From positions 3,946 to 67,945 of the forward strand of contig JBHHXI010000001.1 in NCBI GenBank assembly GCA_046756945.1: 64,000 nucleotides of DNA, read 5' to 3'. Source of the stretch: Rhodospirillales bacterium. Its GTDB lineage: Bacteria; Pseudomonadota; Alphaproteobacteria; Rhodospirillales; 2-02-FULL-58-16. Below the pieces are notes generated by a model. It was not told where the DNA came from. It saw nothing but the letters and a program-made list of their open reading frames with translations, and ran no database searches. Made by a program: the position numbers and the translations under genes. How positions within the stretch are numbered: the stretch's first letter is position 1; each line of letters begins with the position of its first letter. Positions 12,190-21,991 of this stretch are shown here, one piece after another.

Positions 12190-12757
12190 GTTCTCAATCG
12201 CCCCCACTAGGCCGTCCGGCGCCGTCGCGGGCGGACGTTCTTCCCACACAGGGTGGGCAATGTCCTACCGCGACGCGTGCGGGACAAAGAGGAGCACGGC
12301 GAAGGCGAAACCTTCGAAATCCGCCCGAACCGCGAAAAGAAGTGGTGTTCTCATCCCCCTGAGTCCGTGTTCCGGTCGTCGAACGCCGATCCGGAAACCT
12401 GCCTCACCGGCCCCGGACGAGACCACAGACCAAAAACCCGGCGCGCCCTGCAACAACCCTTTTTAGTATAGACGCCGATTATTAGTGCTTTATTTGTTCG
12501 CACAGTTACACTTAACCGTGCCAGAAATACTTCTTACTTACTACAGGATGCGCAGGTGCAAGCGTGACTACTTAAGAGATTATTCAATAAGCCCCTGCGT
12601 GCCTGCTTTTTTTGGAATTCCCCCCCCATGCGTCGGTGGATTCAAATTTACAGAGCGGACCACGCCGTGGCAACGTGTCCGAATAGGGAACGTCGAAAAA
12701 ATATTGGAAAAAATTTTTCGCCAGGGGTCCGCGCCCACGATTTTGCGGTCCGCGCAC

Positions 12758-12791
12758 AAAAAAAAGGGCCGCATGAATCAGGACGCGGCCC
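12758..12791 (-). terminator. intrinsic terminator downstream of rpsT
   Basis: On the minus strand, GGGCCGC pairs with GCGGCCC (12766-12772 with 12785-12791), followed by U8 (A8 on the plus strand at 12758-12765). It lies 30 nt after the rpsT stop. Confidence 0.6.
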
Positions 12792-12820
12792 GCATCGCAA
12801 CGTGTTTCGCGTTTCGCGTT

Positions 12821-13087
12821 TCAGGCCGCCATGCCCTTGATCCTGGACGACAACCGCGAGAGTTTGCGCGACACCGTGTTGCGGTGGAACAAACCTTTGT
12901 TGACGCCCCGCATCAACTCCGGCTGGGCGGCGCGGAACGCGGCCATCGCCTGTTCCTTGTCGCCGCTCGCGATGGCCCGCTCCACGGTGCGCAGAAAGGT
13001 GCGGATGCGGCTCAGCCTGGCGCCTCTGACCGCGGTGCGGCGCTTGGTTTGACGGATGCGTTTCTTCGCCGAGTCGTGGGTGGCCAT
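12821..13087 (-). CDS. rpsT: 30S ribosomal protein S20
   Basis: Track ORF 12821..13156 trimmed to [33 protein letters not shown]. Confidence 0.93.
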   Translation of the reverse strand: MATHDSAKKRIRQTKRRTAVRGARLSRIRTFLRTVERAIASGDKEQAMAAFRAAQPELMRGVNKGLFHRNTVSRKLSRLSSRIKGMAA

Positions 13088-13216
13088 CGAGCAACCTGTA
13101 GCCGGTGATCGGGAAAAGGAAGGCCGGCTTATATCTCCGGCACCCGGTCCCGTCAACCCCGCGTGTGGGAGACGGGCACGGGGCAGCCACGGACGCGCCG
13201 CCCGGGCCGGGGCCGG

Positions 13217-13993
13217 TCATTTGTTTGTAAACTTGGGCTGGCGTTTCCCGGCGAACGCCGCCATGCCCTCTTTCTGATCCTCGGTGGCGAAGGTGGCGTG
13301 GAACAGGCGGCGCTCGAAGCGGATGCCTTCGGAAAGGCTCGTCTCATAGGCGCGGTTGACCGCCTCCTTGATCATCAGCACGGCGGGCCTGGACATCCCG
13401 GCGATGGTCTCGGCCGTCTTCAGCGCCTCTTCCACCAGCCCGGCCACGGGCACGATACGGCTGACCAGGCCGATGCGCTCGGCTTCCTCGGCGTCCATCA
13501 TGCGTCCCGTCAGGCACATCTCCATGGCCTTGGACTTGCCCGCCAGGCGGGCCAGGCGCTGGGTGCCGCCGGCGCCGGGCATGGTGCCGAGGGTGATTTC
13601 GGGCTGGCCGAACCTGGCGTTGTCGGCGGCAAGAACGAAGTCGCACATCATGGCGATCTCGCACCCGCCGCCCAGGGCATAGCCGGCCACCGCCGCGATG
13701 ACCGGCTTGCGGCAGGCGGCGATGCGCTCCCAGTCCCGGGTGATGAAATCATCGAGATAGGCGTCGATAAAGGTCTTGTCCTGCATCTCCTTGATGTCCG
13801 CCCCGGCGGCGAAGGCCTTGTCGTTGCCGGTAATCACCATGGCCCCCACGCCGTCGTCGGCCTCAAAGGAATCGAGGGCGTGCTCGAGCTCCGCGATGAG
13901 GGCCGCGTTCAGGGCGTTGAGCGCCTTCGCGCGATTGAGGGTGATCAGGCCGACGCGGCCTTTCTTCTCGGCGATGATGTTCTCATAGGCCAT
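13217..13993 (-). CDS. enoyl-CoA hydratase (crotonase family)
   Basis: Track ORF 13217..14413 trimmed to ATG 13993 ([29 protein letters not shown]...[15 protein letters not shown]). Confidence 0.9.
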   Translation of the reverse strand: MAYENIIAEKKGRVGLITLNRAKALNALNAALIAELEHALDSFEADDGVGAMVITGNDKAFAAGADIKEMQDKTFIDAYLDDFITRDWERIAACRKPVIAAVAGYALGGGCEIAMMCDFVLAADNARFGQPEITLGTMPGAGGTQRLARLAGKSKAMEMCLTGRMMDAEEAERIGLVSRIVPVAGLVEEALKTAETIAGMSRPAVLMIKEAVNRAYETSLSEGIRFERRLFHATFATEDQKEGMAAFAGKRQPKFTNK

Positions 13994-14004
13994 CGGGCCC
14001 CTCC

Positions 14005-14457
14005 TCACGGTTTTTCGGGACGGCCGCCGCCGGTGGAGTTCCCCCCGGCCTTCGCCGGCGACAGGGCGAAGCGCACGGTGAGGGCCGACGCAGGGCCGGC
14101 CTTGCCGGGGGAGAATTCCAGGACCAGGATTTCGTCTTCGCGGAGGAAGGCGGTCTCGCCCGCGCGCCTCCAGCCAAGCTGCGGCAGGGTGGCGGCGTAG
14201 AAATCCAACACCTGGGCCCGGGACACCGCGCCCGACGCATAGGCCTCGACGATGCGCCCGGCGGCCGTGTCGAAGACCATCCGCCCGGCGGCGTCCTCTT
14301 CCAGACCGGGCATCAGCGGCAGGTCCTCGATGCCGCCGACGAAGGCGACCGTGCCTTGCCCGGCGGCGCGGTCCGCCGCGTCGACCTCCGCCCAGCCGAG
14401 GGCGGCGGCGCAAACGGCGGCGGCGAGCAGCGGGGCGCGGCGGAGCGGGTGTGTCAT
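14005..14457 (-). CDS. hypothetical exported protein
   Basis: Track ORF of 150 aa with a signal-peptide-like N-terminus, [23 protein letters not shown]. No family recognised. Confidence 0.55.
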   Translation of the reverse strand: MTHPLRRAPLLAAAVCAAALGWAEVDAADRAAGQGTVAFVGGIEDLPLMPGLEEDAAGRMVFDTAAGRIVEAYASGAVSRAQVLDFYAATLPQLGWRRAGETAFLREDEILVLEFSPGKAGPASALTVRFALSPAKAGGNSTGGGRPEKP

Positions 14458-14472
14458 GGCGTGGCTATTACA

Positions 14473-15315
14473 TCAGCGCTGGCGGGTCGCACAATAGAAA
14501 GTCGAACGTCCCGACTGCACGATGCGGCGGATGCCGCGGGTTTTGGCGCGGTCGCAGTCGCATCCCGGACACGGCTCGCCGGCGCGCCCGTAGACGGCGA
14601 AGCGGTGCTGGAAATAGCCCAGTTCCCCGGACGGCTGGCGGTGATCGCGCAAGGTGGAGCCGCCGGCCGCGATGGCGTCGGCCAGCACCGCGCGGATGGC
14701 GGCGGCCAGGCGCCCGGCCCTCTGCCCCTTGACCGTCATCGCCTTGCGCTTCGGGGACAGGCCGGCGCGGAAAAGGCTTTCGCTGACGTAGATGTTGCCC
14801 AGGCCGGCGACGACGGCCTGGTCCATGAGCGCCGTCTTGATCGGCCCGTTCCGGCGCCCAAGCAGCGCCGCCATCGCGGCTCCGTCGAACGCCGCGTCCA
14901 GGGGCTCCGGCCCGAGGCCGGCGAGCAGGGGATGGCCGGAAAGCCCGTCGCCGCGGGCCAGGGCCATCAGGCCGAAGCGGCGCGGGTCGCAGAAGCGGAT
15001 GGTGGCGCCGGCGTCGGTCTCGAAGACCACGTGGTCGTGGGGCTCCGGGGGCGGCGGGCCGTCGCCAAAGACCTTGATCCGGCCCGACATGCCCATGTGC
15101 ACGATCAGCACCGCGCCGTCGTCCAGGAACATCAGGAGGAACTTGCCCCGCCGGCCGATCTCGAGGACCCGGCGTCCCCGGGTGCGCCGGGCGAAGTCGG
15201 CGGGCAGGGGCCGGCGCAGGTCGGGACGGCGCGCCGTCACCCGGCGCAGGACGCGGCCCTCGAGCACGGGCGCCAGGCCGCGGCGTATGGTTTCGACCTC
15301 CGGTAATTCGGGCAT
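14473..15315 (-). CDS. mutM: formamidopyrimidine-DNA glycosylase
   Basis: Track ORF of 280 aa with [14 protein letters not shown] and a C-terminal zinc finger (CPGCDC...FYCATRQ). Confidence 0.95.
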   Translation of the reverse strand: MPELPEVETIRRGLAPVLEGRVLRRVTARRPDLRRPLPADFARRTRGRRVLEIGRRGKFLLMFLDDGAVLIVHMGMSGRIKVFGDGPPPPEPHDHVVFETDAGATIRFCDPRRFGLMALARGDGLSGHPLLAGLGPEPLDAAFDGAAMAALLGRRNGPIKTALMDQAVVAGLGNIYVSESLFRAGLSPKRKAMTVKGQRAGRLAAAIRAVLADAIAAGGSTLRDHRQPSGELGYFQHRFAVYGRAGEPCPGCDCDRAKTRGIRRIVQSGRSTFYCATRQR

Positions 15316-15374
15316 GGATAGACGCCTCTGTCCTCGCGCAGGCCGTAAGGTAGCGCGCCCGCGCGCCTTGCGCT

Positions 15375-16163
15375 ATGGTCGGGTCCATGCCCCGGCAGCA
15401 AAAAGAAAACGGGGACGCCCCGGGAGGCGGGCCCGTCACCCACTTCGGATTCCAGAGCGTGCCCGAGGGCGAGAAGGCGTCCCTCGTGCGGGACGTCTTC
15501 GGCAGCGTGGCCACCCGCTACGACCTCATGAACGACCTCATGAGCCTGGGCGCCCACCGCCTGTGGAAGGCGGCCATGATGGACTGGCTGAACCCGCGCC
15601 CGGGGATGACGCTTCTGGACGTGGGCGGCGGCACCGGCGACATCGCGTTCCGGTTCCGCGAGCGCGGCGGCGGTCCTGTGTTCGTCTGCGACATCACCAC
15701 CGGCATGGTGGCGGTGGGGCGCGACCGCGCCGTCGACCGGGGAATGCTCGACGGAATCACCTGGATCTGCGGCGACGGCGAGTGCCTGCCCGTCGCCGAC
15801 GGTTCCGTGGACGCCTATACGACGGCGTTCTGCATCCGCAACGTGACCCACATTTCCCGGGTGCTGGCCGAAGCGCGGCGGGTGCTCAGGCCCGGCGGGC
15901 GGTTCCTGTGCCTGGAGTTCAGCCGCCTCGCCGTGCCGGCCCTGGACGGATTGTACGACTCGTACTCCTTCCGGGTGCTGCCGGCCCTGGGCCAGGCGGT
16001 GGCCGGCGATCGCGCCGCCTATCGCTATCTGGCGGAAAGCATCCGGCGCTTTCCCGCCCAGGAACCGTTCGCCGCCATGATCGCCGAGGCGGGCCTGAGC
16101 CAGGTCACCTACCGCAACCTGGCCGGCGGCATCGCGGCCCTGCATTCGGGGTGGCGGATCTAG
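15375..16163 (+). CDS. ubiE: ubiquinone/menaquinone biosynthesis C-methyltransferase UbiE
   Basis: Track ORF of 262 aa: YDLMNDLMSLGAHRLWK and the SAM motif LLDVGGGTGD. Confidence 0.92.
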   Translation: MVGSMPRQQKENGDAPGGGPVTHFGFQSVPEGEKASLVRDVFGSVATRYDLMNDLMSLGAHRLWKAAMMDWLNPRPGMTLLDVGGGTGDIAFRFRERGGGPVFVCDITTGMVAVGRDRAVDRGMLDGITWICGDGECLPVADGSVDAYTTAFCIRNVTHISRVLAEARRVLRPGGRFLCLEFSRLAVPALDGLYDSYSFRVLPALGQAVAGDRAAYRYLAESIRRFPAQEPFAAMIAEAGLSQVTYRNLAGGIAALHSGWRI

Positions 16164-16310
16164 CCGATACAGGGCACCGGGAAATCCCCGATCCGGGCGC
16201 GGCCCGGACGGAACGGGACAGGACACTGGCGTAACGCGGGGGTTGCACCGTGGGCCGCGCCAGATTATCTTAATCACACAACTTATTAGTTAAATTTCCG
16301 CGGAGGCCCC

Positions 16311-17519
16311 GTGGGCGAAGGCAAACGCATTCTGTTGATCGTTTCCGGCGGCATCGCGGCCTACAAGTGCCTCGACGCCATCCGCCGGCTGCGCGAGCAC
16401 GGGTTCGCCGTCCGCTGCATCCTGACCCGGGCGGGGGCGGAATTCGTCACCCCCCTATCGCTGGCCGCGCTCAGCCAGGACAAGGTCTACGGGGACCTGT
16501 TCTCGCTCACCGATGAAAGCGAGATGGGGCACATCGAGCTCTCCCGGGACGCCGACCTGGTGCTGGTGGCGCCCGCCACCACCAATATCCTGGCCAAGAT
16601 GGCGGCGGGCATCGCCGACGATCTGGCGACCACCGCGTTGCTCGCCACCGACAAGCCGGTGATGGTGGCGCCGGCCATGAACGTGCGCATGTGGGAGCAC
16701 GCCGCCACGCGGGCCAACCTGGCGACCCTGGAAGAGCGCGGCGTGCTCCGCGTCGGCCCCACCGAGGGCGACATGGCGTGCGGCGAGTGGGGCATGGGCC
16801 GCATGGCGGAGGCGGACGACATCGTCGCCGCCGTGGAAGCCTTTTTTCGTCCCAACGGCCGGCTGAAGGGCCGCCGCGCCCTGGTCACCAGCGGTCCCAC
16901 CCACGAGGCCATAGACAGCGTGCGCTACATGGCCAACCACTCCTCGGGCAAGCAGGGCCACGCCATCGCCGCCGCCCTGGCGCGCCTGGGAGCGGACACG
17001 ACCCTGGTCTCCGGGCCCACCGGACAGCCCGACCCGCCGGGGGTGGCGGTGGTGCGCGTCGAATCGGCGGTCGAAATGCTGGAGGCCTGCGAACACGCCC
17101 TGCCCGTGGACGCCGCGGTGCTGGCGGCGGCCGTCGCCGACTGGCGCGTCGCCGACCCGGTGGCGGGCAAGATCAAGAAGAAGGCCGCGCCGGCCGGCCC
17201 GACCCTGATCCTGACCGAGAACCCGGACATCCTGGCGGCCTTGGGCAACGGCGGCGGCCGCCGCCCCGAACTGGTGATCGGCTTCGCCGCGGAAACGGAG
17301 TCGGTGGTCGAGAACGCCGTCGCCAAGCGCACCGCCAAGCGGTGCGACTGGATCCTCGCCAACGATGTCTCGCCGGGCACCGGCACCTTCGGCGGCGACA
17401 CCAACACCGTGCACCTTGTCTCCGCGGACGGCGTCGAGGACTGGCCGACGCTGACCAAACAGGCGGTGGCCGAGCGTCTGGCCGAGCGCATCGCCGACGC
17501 CCTGGACGTGGCGCGGTGA
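16311..17519 (+). CDS. coaBC: bifunctional phosphopantothenoylcysteine decarboxylase / phosphopantothenate-cysteine ligase
   Basis: Track ORF of 402 aa with a GTG start. Flavoprotein domain ([13 protein letters not shown]) plus a CoaB domain. Confidence 0.93.
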   Translation: MGEGKRILLIVSGGIAAYKCLDAIRRLREHGFAVRCILTRAGAEFVTPLSLAALSQDKVYGDLFSLTDESEMGHIELSRDADLVLVAPATTNILAKMAAGIADDLATTALLATDKPVMVAPAMNVRMWEHAATRANLATLEERGVLRVGPTEGDMACGEWGMGRMAEADDIVAAVEAFFRPNGRLKGRRALVTSGPTHEAIDSVRYMANHSSGKQGHAIAAALARLGADTTLVSGPTGQPDPPGVAVVRVESAVEMLEACEHALPVDAAVLAAAVADWRVADPVAGKIKKKAAPAGPTLILTENPDILAALGNGGGRRPELVIGFAAETESVVENAVAKRTAKRCDWILANDVSPGTGTFGGDTNTVHLVSADGVEDWPTLTKQAVAERLAERIADALDVAR

Positions 17520-17998
17520 GCCCCCTCGCCGTCCCCATCCGGCGGCTGCCCCACGGCGCCGGGCTGCCGCTGCCGGCCTGCGCCACCGCCATGAGCGCCG
17601 GGGTCGACCTGCTGGCGGCGGTGAGCGAGCCGGTGGTCCTGGAGCCCGGGGGGCGGGCGGCGATCCCGTCGGGCATCGCCATCGCCCTGCCGCCGGGCTA
17701 CGAGGCGCAGGTGCGGCCGCGCTCGGGCCTGGCGACGAAGCACGGAATCACGGTGCTCAACAGCCCCGGCACCATCGACGCCGACTATCGCGGCGAGATC
17801 GGCGTCATCCTGGTCAACCTGGGCGACGCGCCGTTCGCCATCGAACGCGGCATGCGCATCGCCCAGATGGTGGTGGCGCCGGTCAACGCCGTGGCCTGGC
17901 GCGAGGTCGATTCCCTACCGGCAAGCGGCCGCGGAGACGGCGGTTTCGGCTCCACCGGCACGGAAGCCGCGGCGACGGGAACCAAGGGAAGAGGCTGA
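17516..17998 (+). CDS. dut: dUTP diphosphatase
   Basis: In-frame tail of track ORF 16691..17998. GTG at 17516 overlaps the coaBC stop (GTGA). Motifs [33 protein letters not shown] and GFGSTG. Confidence 0.92.
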   Translation: MSPLAVPIRRLPHGAGLPLPACATAMSAGVDLLAAVSEPVVLEPGGRAAIPSGIAIALPPGYEAQVRPRSGLATKHGITVLNSPGTIDADYRGEIGVILVNLGDAPFAIERGMRIAQMVVAPVNAVAWREVDSLPASGRGDGGFGSTGTEAAATGTKGRG

Positions 17999-18453
17999 TG
18001 TTGCGCCTGTCGAAGAAAATGCTGTTTGCCATCGAGGCGGTCCTGGACATCGCCTACCACGCCGCCGGCGCGCCGGTGCAAAGCCGCGAGATCACCCGGC
18101 GCCAGGGCATTCCCCGGCGCTATCTGGAACAGGCGCTGCAGCAGTTGGTGCGCGAAGGCGTTCTGATCGGTGTCCGCGGGCCCCGGGGCGGCTACCGGCT
18201 GGCGCGCGAACGGCGGCGGATCTCGGTCGGCGACGTCGTCCGCGTGGTGCGCAGCATGGAGCCGGGCGAAAACCTGCCGACGGACGCCGGCGGATCGGAC
18301 CTGGGCCGCACCGTCGTCCAGCCGCTGTGGGCCGAACTGCACGAAGATGTCATGGCGCGTCTCGATTCGGTGACCATCGACGACCTGTGCACCCAGGCCG
18401 ACCACGCGGGCGTCGACAGCGAAGGGCGGCGGAACCTGGACTTCTCGATCTGA
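17998..18453 (+). CDS. Rrf2 family transcriptional regulator without Fe-S ligand cysteines
   Basis: Track ORF of 151 aa with a winged-helix N-terminus ([21 protein letters not shown]...GGYRLAR). Only one Cys in the whole protein. The ATG shares 1 nt with the dut stop (TGATG). Confidence 0.85.
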   Translation: MLRLSKKMLFAIEAVLDIAYHAAGAPVQSREITRRQGIPRRYLEQALQQLVREGVLIGVRGPRGGYRLARERRRISVGDVVRVVRSMEPGENLPTDAGGSDLGRTVVQPLWAELHEDVMARLDSVTIDDLCTQADHAGVDSEGRRNLDFSI

Positions 18454-18527
18454 TCCGCGGGCTTGCCGTGAGCCGCCGCCCGGGCGGACGGCCGACGCAA
18501 AAAGGTGTATGGTAGCCGACCGTTGAC

Positions 18528-19538
18528 ATGACCAAACAACAGGCAGCGATCCCCCTTTCCGCCACGCCCGAGTTCCGCGGCCGCATCTACGGCGGCATCC
18601 TGGACACCGTCGGCGCCACGCCGCTGGTGCGCCTGAGCAAGCTGGCGGCCGACGCCGGGTGCAAGGCCGACATCGTGGCGAAATGCGAGTTTTTCAATCC
18701 CATGGCCTCGGTCAAGGACCGCATCGGCCTGGCCATGGTCGAAGCCGCCGAGGCCGAGGGCCGCATCGGCCCGGGCACGGTGCTGGTCGAACCGACCTCG
18801 GGCAACACCGGCATAGCCCTGGCCTTCGTCTGCGCCGCCAAGGGCTACCGCCTCATCCTCACGGTGCCGGAAAGCATGTCCGGGGAACGGCGCAAGATGC
18901 TGGCGCTGCTCGGCGCCGAAACCGAATTGACGCCGACATCCCGGGGCATGGCCGGGGCCGTGCGGCGGGCCAAGGAGCTGGTCGAGGAACTGCCCAACGC
19001 GGTCATGCTCCAGCAGTTCGAGAACCCCGCCAACCCCGAAATCCACCGCCGCACCACGGCCGAGGAGATCTGGCGCGACACCGGGGGCGAAGTGGACGTG
19101 GTGGTCAGCGGCGTGGGCACCGGGGGAACCCTGACCGGGGTCGCCGAGGTCATCAAGGCGCGCAAGCCCGGCTTCCGGATGATCGCCGTCGAGCCCGAGG
19201 ACAGCCCGGTGCTGTCGTGCGGCCTGCCCGGCCCCCACGACATCCAGGGCATCGGCGCCGGCTTCGTTCCCAAGGTGCTGAACCGGGCCATGATCGACGA
19301 GATCCTGAGGATCGGCAACGAGACCGCCCTTGCCACGGCGCGCAAGGTGGCGCGCCTCGAGGGCCTGCCCGTCGGCATCTCGTCGGGCGCCGCCCTGGCC
19401 GCGGCCCTCGAGCTGAGCGAGCGGCCGGCAATGCGGGGCAAGATGATCGTCGCCATCCTGGCCGATTTCGCCGAGCGCTATCTGTCCACCGCCCTGTTCG
19501 ATAATCTGGAACGGAGCGCCGGAAAGGGCGGCACGTAG
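18528..19538 (+). CDS. cysK: cysteine synthase A (O-acetylserine sulfhydrylase)
   Basis: Track ORF of 336 aa: PLP-lysine motif SVKDRIG and [10 protein letters not shown]. Confidence 0.92.
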   Translation: MTKQQAAIPLSATPEFRGRIYGGILDTVGATPLVRLSKLAADAGCKADIVAKCEFFNPMASVKDRIGLAMVEAAEAEGRIGPGTVLVEPTSGNTGIALAFVCAAKGYRLILTVPESMSGERRKMLALLGAETELTPTSRGMAGAVRRAKELVEELPNAVMLQQFENPANPEIHRRTTAEEIWRDTGGEVDVVVSGVGTGGTLTGVAEVIKARKPGFRMIAVEPEDSPVLSCGLPGPHDIQGIGAGFVPKVLNRAMIDEILRIGNETALATARKVARLEGLPVGISSGAALAAALELSERPAMRGKMIVAILADFAERYLSTALFDNLERSAGKGGT

Positions 19539-19557
19539 CAGCCGGGCGCGGGCCCCC

Positions 19558-20370
19558 ATGGAATTCAGCGAAAACCAGATCCAGCGGTATGCACGCCATA
19601 TCCTCCTCGACGAGGTGGGCGGCGAGGGACAGGCCCGGCTGCTCGACGCCAAGGTCCTGGTGATCGGCGCCGGCGGCCTGGGTTCGCCGGTGCTCCTCTA
19701 TCTGGCGGCCGCCGGGGTGGGCACGCTGGGCGTGGTCGACGACGACGTGGTCGACCTGAGCAACCTGCAGCGCCAGGTGATCCACTCCACCGCCAGCATC
19801 GGCCGGCCCAAGGTGGAAAGCGCCGGCGACACCTTGCGCGCCATCAACCCGGACGTGCGGCTCGTCGCCCACCACGAGCGCATCGACGCCCAGAACGCCC
19901 TGGCGCTGATCTCCGGCTACGACCTGGTGGCCGACGGCAGCGACAATTTCCCGACCCGCTTCCTGGTCAACGACGCCTGCTATTTCGCCCGCAAGCCCCT
20001 GGTGTCCGGGGCGATTCTCCGGTTCGACGGCCAGGTCGCCACGTTCAAGGCCTACGAAGCCGGGGACAACCCGTGCTACCGCTGCCTTTTCCGCGAGGCG
20101 CCGCCGCCCGGCCAGATCCCGTCCTGCGCCGAAGCCGGCGTGCTGGGGGCGCTGTGCGGCATGATCGGATCGCTGCAGGCCACCGAGACCCTGAAGGAGC
20201 TGCTGGGTATCGGCGACAGCGTTTCCGGGTCGCTGATCATCTACGACGCGCTCGGCGCCACCTTCCGCAAGATCAAGGTGAAGCGGGACCCGGGCTGCCC
20301 GCTGTGCGGAGAGAACCCCGCCATCACCGATCTCTCGGCCCACGAGACGGGAGACGACCGTGCCTGCTGA
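19558..20370 (+). CDS. HesA/MoeB/ThiF family adenylyltransferase (MoeB-like, no rhodanese domain)
   Basis: Track ORF of 270 aa: QIQRYARHILL, GAGGLGS, and two CxxC pairs (CYRC, CPLC). Confidence 0.88.
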   Translation: MEFSENQIQRYARHILLDEVGGEGQARLLDAKVLVIGAGGLGSPVLLYLAAAGVGTLGVVDDDVVDLSNLQRQVIHSTASIGRPKVESAGDTLRAINPDVRLVAHHERIDAQNALALISGYDLVADGSDNFPTRFLVNDACYFARKPLVSGAILRFDGQVATFKAYEAGDNPCYRCLFREAPPPGQIPSCAEAGVLGALCGMIGSLQATETLKELLGIGDSVSGSLIIYDALGATFRKIKVKRDPGCPLCGENPAITDLSAHETGDDRAC

Positions 20371-20812
20371 GGACGGGGCGCCCGGCCGCCCGGACAAGCT
20401 TTCGATCATCGTCTATTCGGGCGAGTTCGACAAAGTCCATTACGCGCTCGCCCTGGCCAGCTCGGCCGTGGCGACGAACCAGGCGGCGACACTGTTCTTC
20501 ACCATGGGGGCGTGCCGCGCCCTGTTGCGCGCCGGCGCCGACGGCACCCCCGGCTGGCACACCCTCGGCGCCGGGCCGGGCGGTGCGGCGGCGGAGATCG
20601 ACCGCGACTACGCCCGGCTGGGCGTCGCCACCTTCGACGAGCTATTCTCCGCCTGCGTGGAACTGGGGGTCCGCTTCATCGTCTGCGAGATGGGCCTGCG
20701 CGCCGCCGGCATCGAGCCCGAGGACCTGCGCGACGACCTGAGCATCGACACCGCCGGCATCGTCACCTTCCTTGGCGACGCGTCGAAGGACGGCGCGATG
20801 CTGTTGGTTTGA
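20360..20812 (+). CDS. DsrE/DsrF-like sulfur-relay family protein (COG2210-like)
   Basis: Track ORF of 150 aa with a GTG start that overlaps the moeB-like gene by 11 nt. Contains KLSIIVYSGEFDKVHYAL and the conserved-looking Cys context RFIVCEMG. Confidence 0.65.
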   Translation: MPAEDGAPGRPDKLSIIVYSGEFDKVHYALALASSAVATNQAATLFFTMGACRALLRAGADGTPGWHTLGAGPGGAAAEIDRDYARLGVATFDELFSACVELGVRFIVCEMGLRAAGIEPEDLRDDLSIDTAGIVTFLGDASKDGAMLLV

Positions 20813-20854
20813 CCGGCGCCGAAACCCTTCCCCAAAAACGTGAATGGCCGGGGG

Positions 20855-21005
20855 CAAAGGGGCGTTGCCCCTTTGAATCCCCACCAAGGGCCGGCGGCCC
20901 TTGGAATCCGATTAACGGGGTCCAGGGGTTTTGCAAACCCCTGGCGGGGGGCGTCGGGGGCGGCCTGCCTTCGCCGAAGCGAAGCTCCGGCTTCGCGCAG
21001 GCAGG
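20855..21005. repeat. array of four GC-rich hairpins (REP-like) in a convergent intergenic region
   Basis: H1 20855-20875 is CAAAGGGGC-GTT-GCCCCTTTG. H2 20884-20904 is CCAAGGGCC-GGC-GGCCCTTGG. H3 20922-20944 is CCAGGGGTTT-TGC-AAACCCCTGG. H4 20964-21005 has imperfect 16-17 bp arms. H1 and H2 are each followed by GAATCC. Confidence 0.7.
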
Positions 21006-21103
21006 AGCCCCCCCCGACCGTCGTCAGGCCACATCAGGGGCAACGGCGCGCTCCGCGACTACGCCATCGCGGCCGGCGCCTTTTCGTCCGCCTCTCGCCT
21101 TCT

Positions 21104-21907
21104 TTAAGCGAGCGTCCGCATCTGTTCGAATACCGCCCCCGGGCGGCCGTCGCCTATGGGCGCGCCGTCGACGGACACCAGGGCGCGAAATCCCAGGCAG
21201 TTGGTGACGAAGGCCTCCGAGGCCAGGGCCAGGTCTTCCGGTTCGAGCGACCGCTCCCCGGTCCCGGCGGCCGCCAGGACCTCGGCCCGCATGACGCCGG
21301 GAAGGGCGCCGTCGGCGACGGGCGGCGTCACGAGCGCGCCGTCGATGACGAGGAAAAGATTGGCGATGGTCGTCCCGGCCAGGCGCCCCGCCGTGTTCAG
21401 CAGCAGCGCGTCCCCGGCGCCCCGTCTCTCGGCCTCCTGGCGGGCGAGAATGTTGTCGAGATAGTTGATGCACTTGCAGCGCGACAGCGGCGAATGCTCG
21501 TTGCGCCGGGTCGTGGTGGCGATGACGGCGCGGATGGGAGAGGGCGCAGAGGCATCCGCCGCGGCGGCCGTGATCAGCAGGGTCGGGCGGGGCTGGGGCG
21601 GCGGCAGCAGCCCGCGTCGCCCCGGGCCGCGGGTCAGCGTGAGGCGCAGGACGCCGTCGGTGACGGCGTTGGCCTCGAGCGTGTCGTCCAGGGCACGGCC
21701 GAGCGCCTCGTCGGAGACCGGCACCGGGAGGTCGAGAACGTCCGCGCCCGCCCTCAGCCGGGCGCAATGGGCGGCCAGGCGCAGGGGCCGGCCGTCGCGC
21801 GCGCGGATGGTCTCGAACAAGCCGTCGCCGAGGGCCAGGCCGCGGTCGGCGGGATCGACGCGGGCCTCCGCCGCGGACACCAGCGCGCCATTGAGATGGA
21901 TCAACAC
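21104..21907 (-). CDS. aminotransferase class IV (aminodeoxychorismate lyase / branched-chain aminotransferase-like)
   Basis: Track ORF of 267 aa with a GTG start: MLIHLNGALVSAAEARVDPADRGLALGDGLFETIR. Confidence 0.8.
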   Translation of the reverse strand: MLIHLNGALVSAAEARVDPADRGLALGDGLFETIRARDGRPLRLAAHCARLRAGADVLDLPVPVSDEALGRALDDTLEANAVTDGVLRLTLTRGPGRRGLLPPPQPRPTLLITAAAADASAPSPIRAVIATTTRRNEHSPLSRCKCINYLDNILARQEAERRGAGDALLLNTAGRLAGTTIANLFLVIDGALVTPPVADGALPGVMRAEVLAAAGTGERSLEPEDLALASEAFVTNCLGFRALVSVDGAPIGDGRPGAVFEQMRTLA

Positions 21908-21991
21908 GGGACCCCCGCGAAAGCCGGCACGGCAGCGCTTGGCACAACCAGCTCCTTATCCACGGGACAACGCGTATCGCGGATGCGGGTA

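Noticed and set aside
12253-12471. 72-aa and 130-aa plus-strand track ORFs upstream of dnaA.
   Set aside because: There are no ribosome-binding sites, codon usage is poor, and the ORFs overlap the dnaA 5' region and promoter.
16262-16300. An AT-rich patch upstream of coaBC containing TTAATCACA (7/9 DnaA-box-like, 16270-16278) and several TTAA motifs.
   Set aside because: No TTAA-N7-TTAA spacing is present and there is only one weak DnaA-like site. It is most simply the coaBC promoter region.
21956-21964. TTATCCACG, an 8/9 match to the DnaA-box consensus, in the 84-bp gap between the hydroxyacid dehydrogenase gene and the aminotransferase gene.
   Set aside because: It is a single isolated site. 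Several 8/9 matches are expected by chance in 64 kb on two strands, and there is no cluster or AT-rich element nearby.
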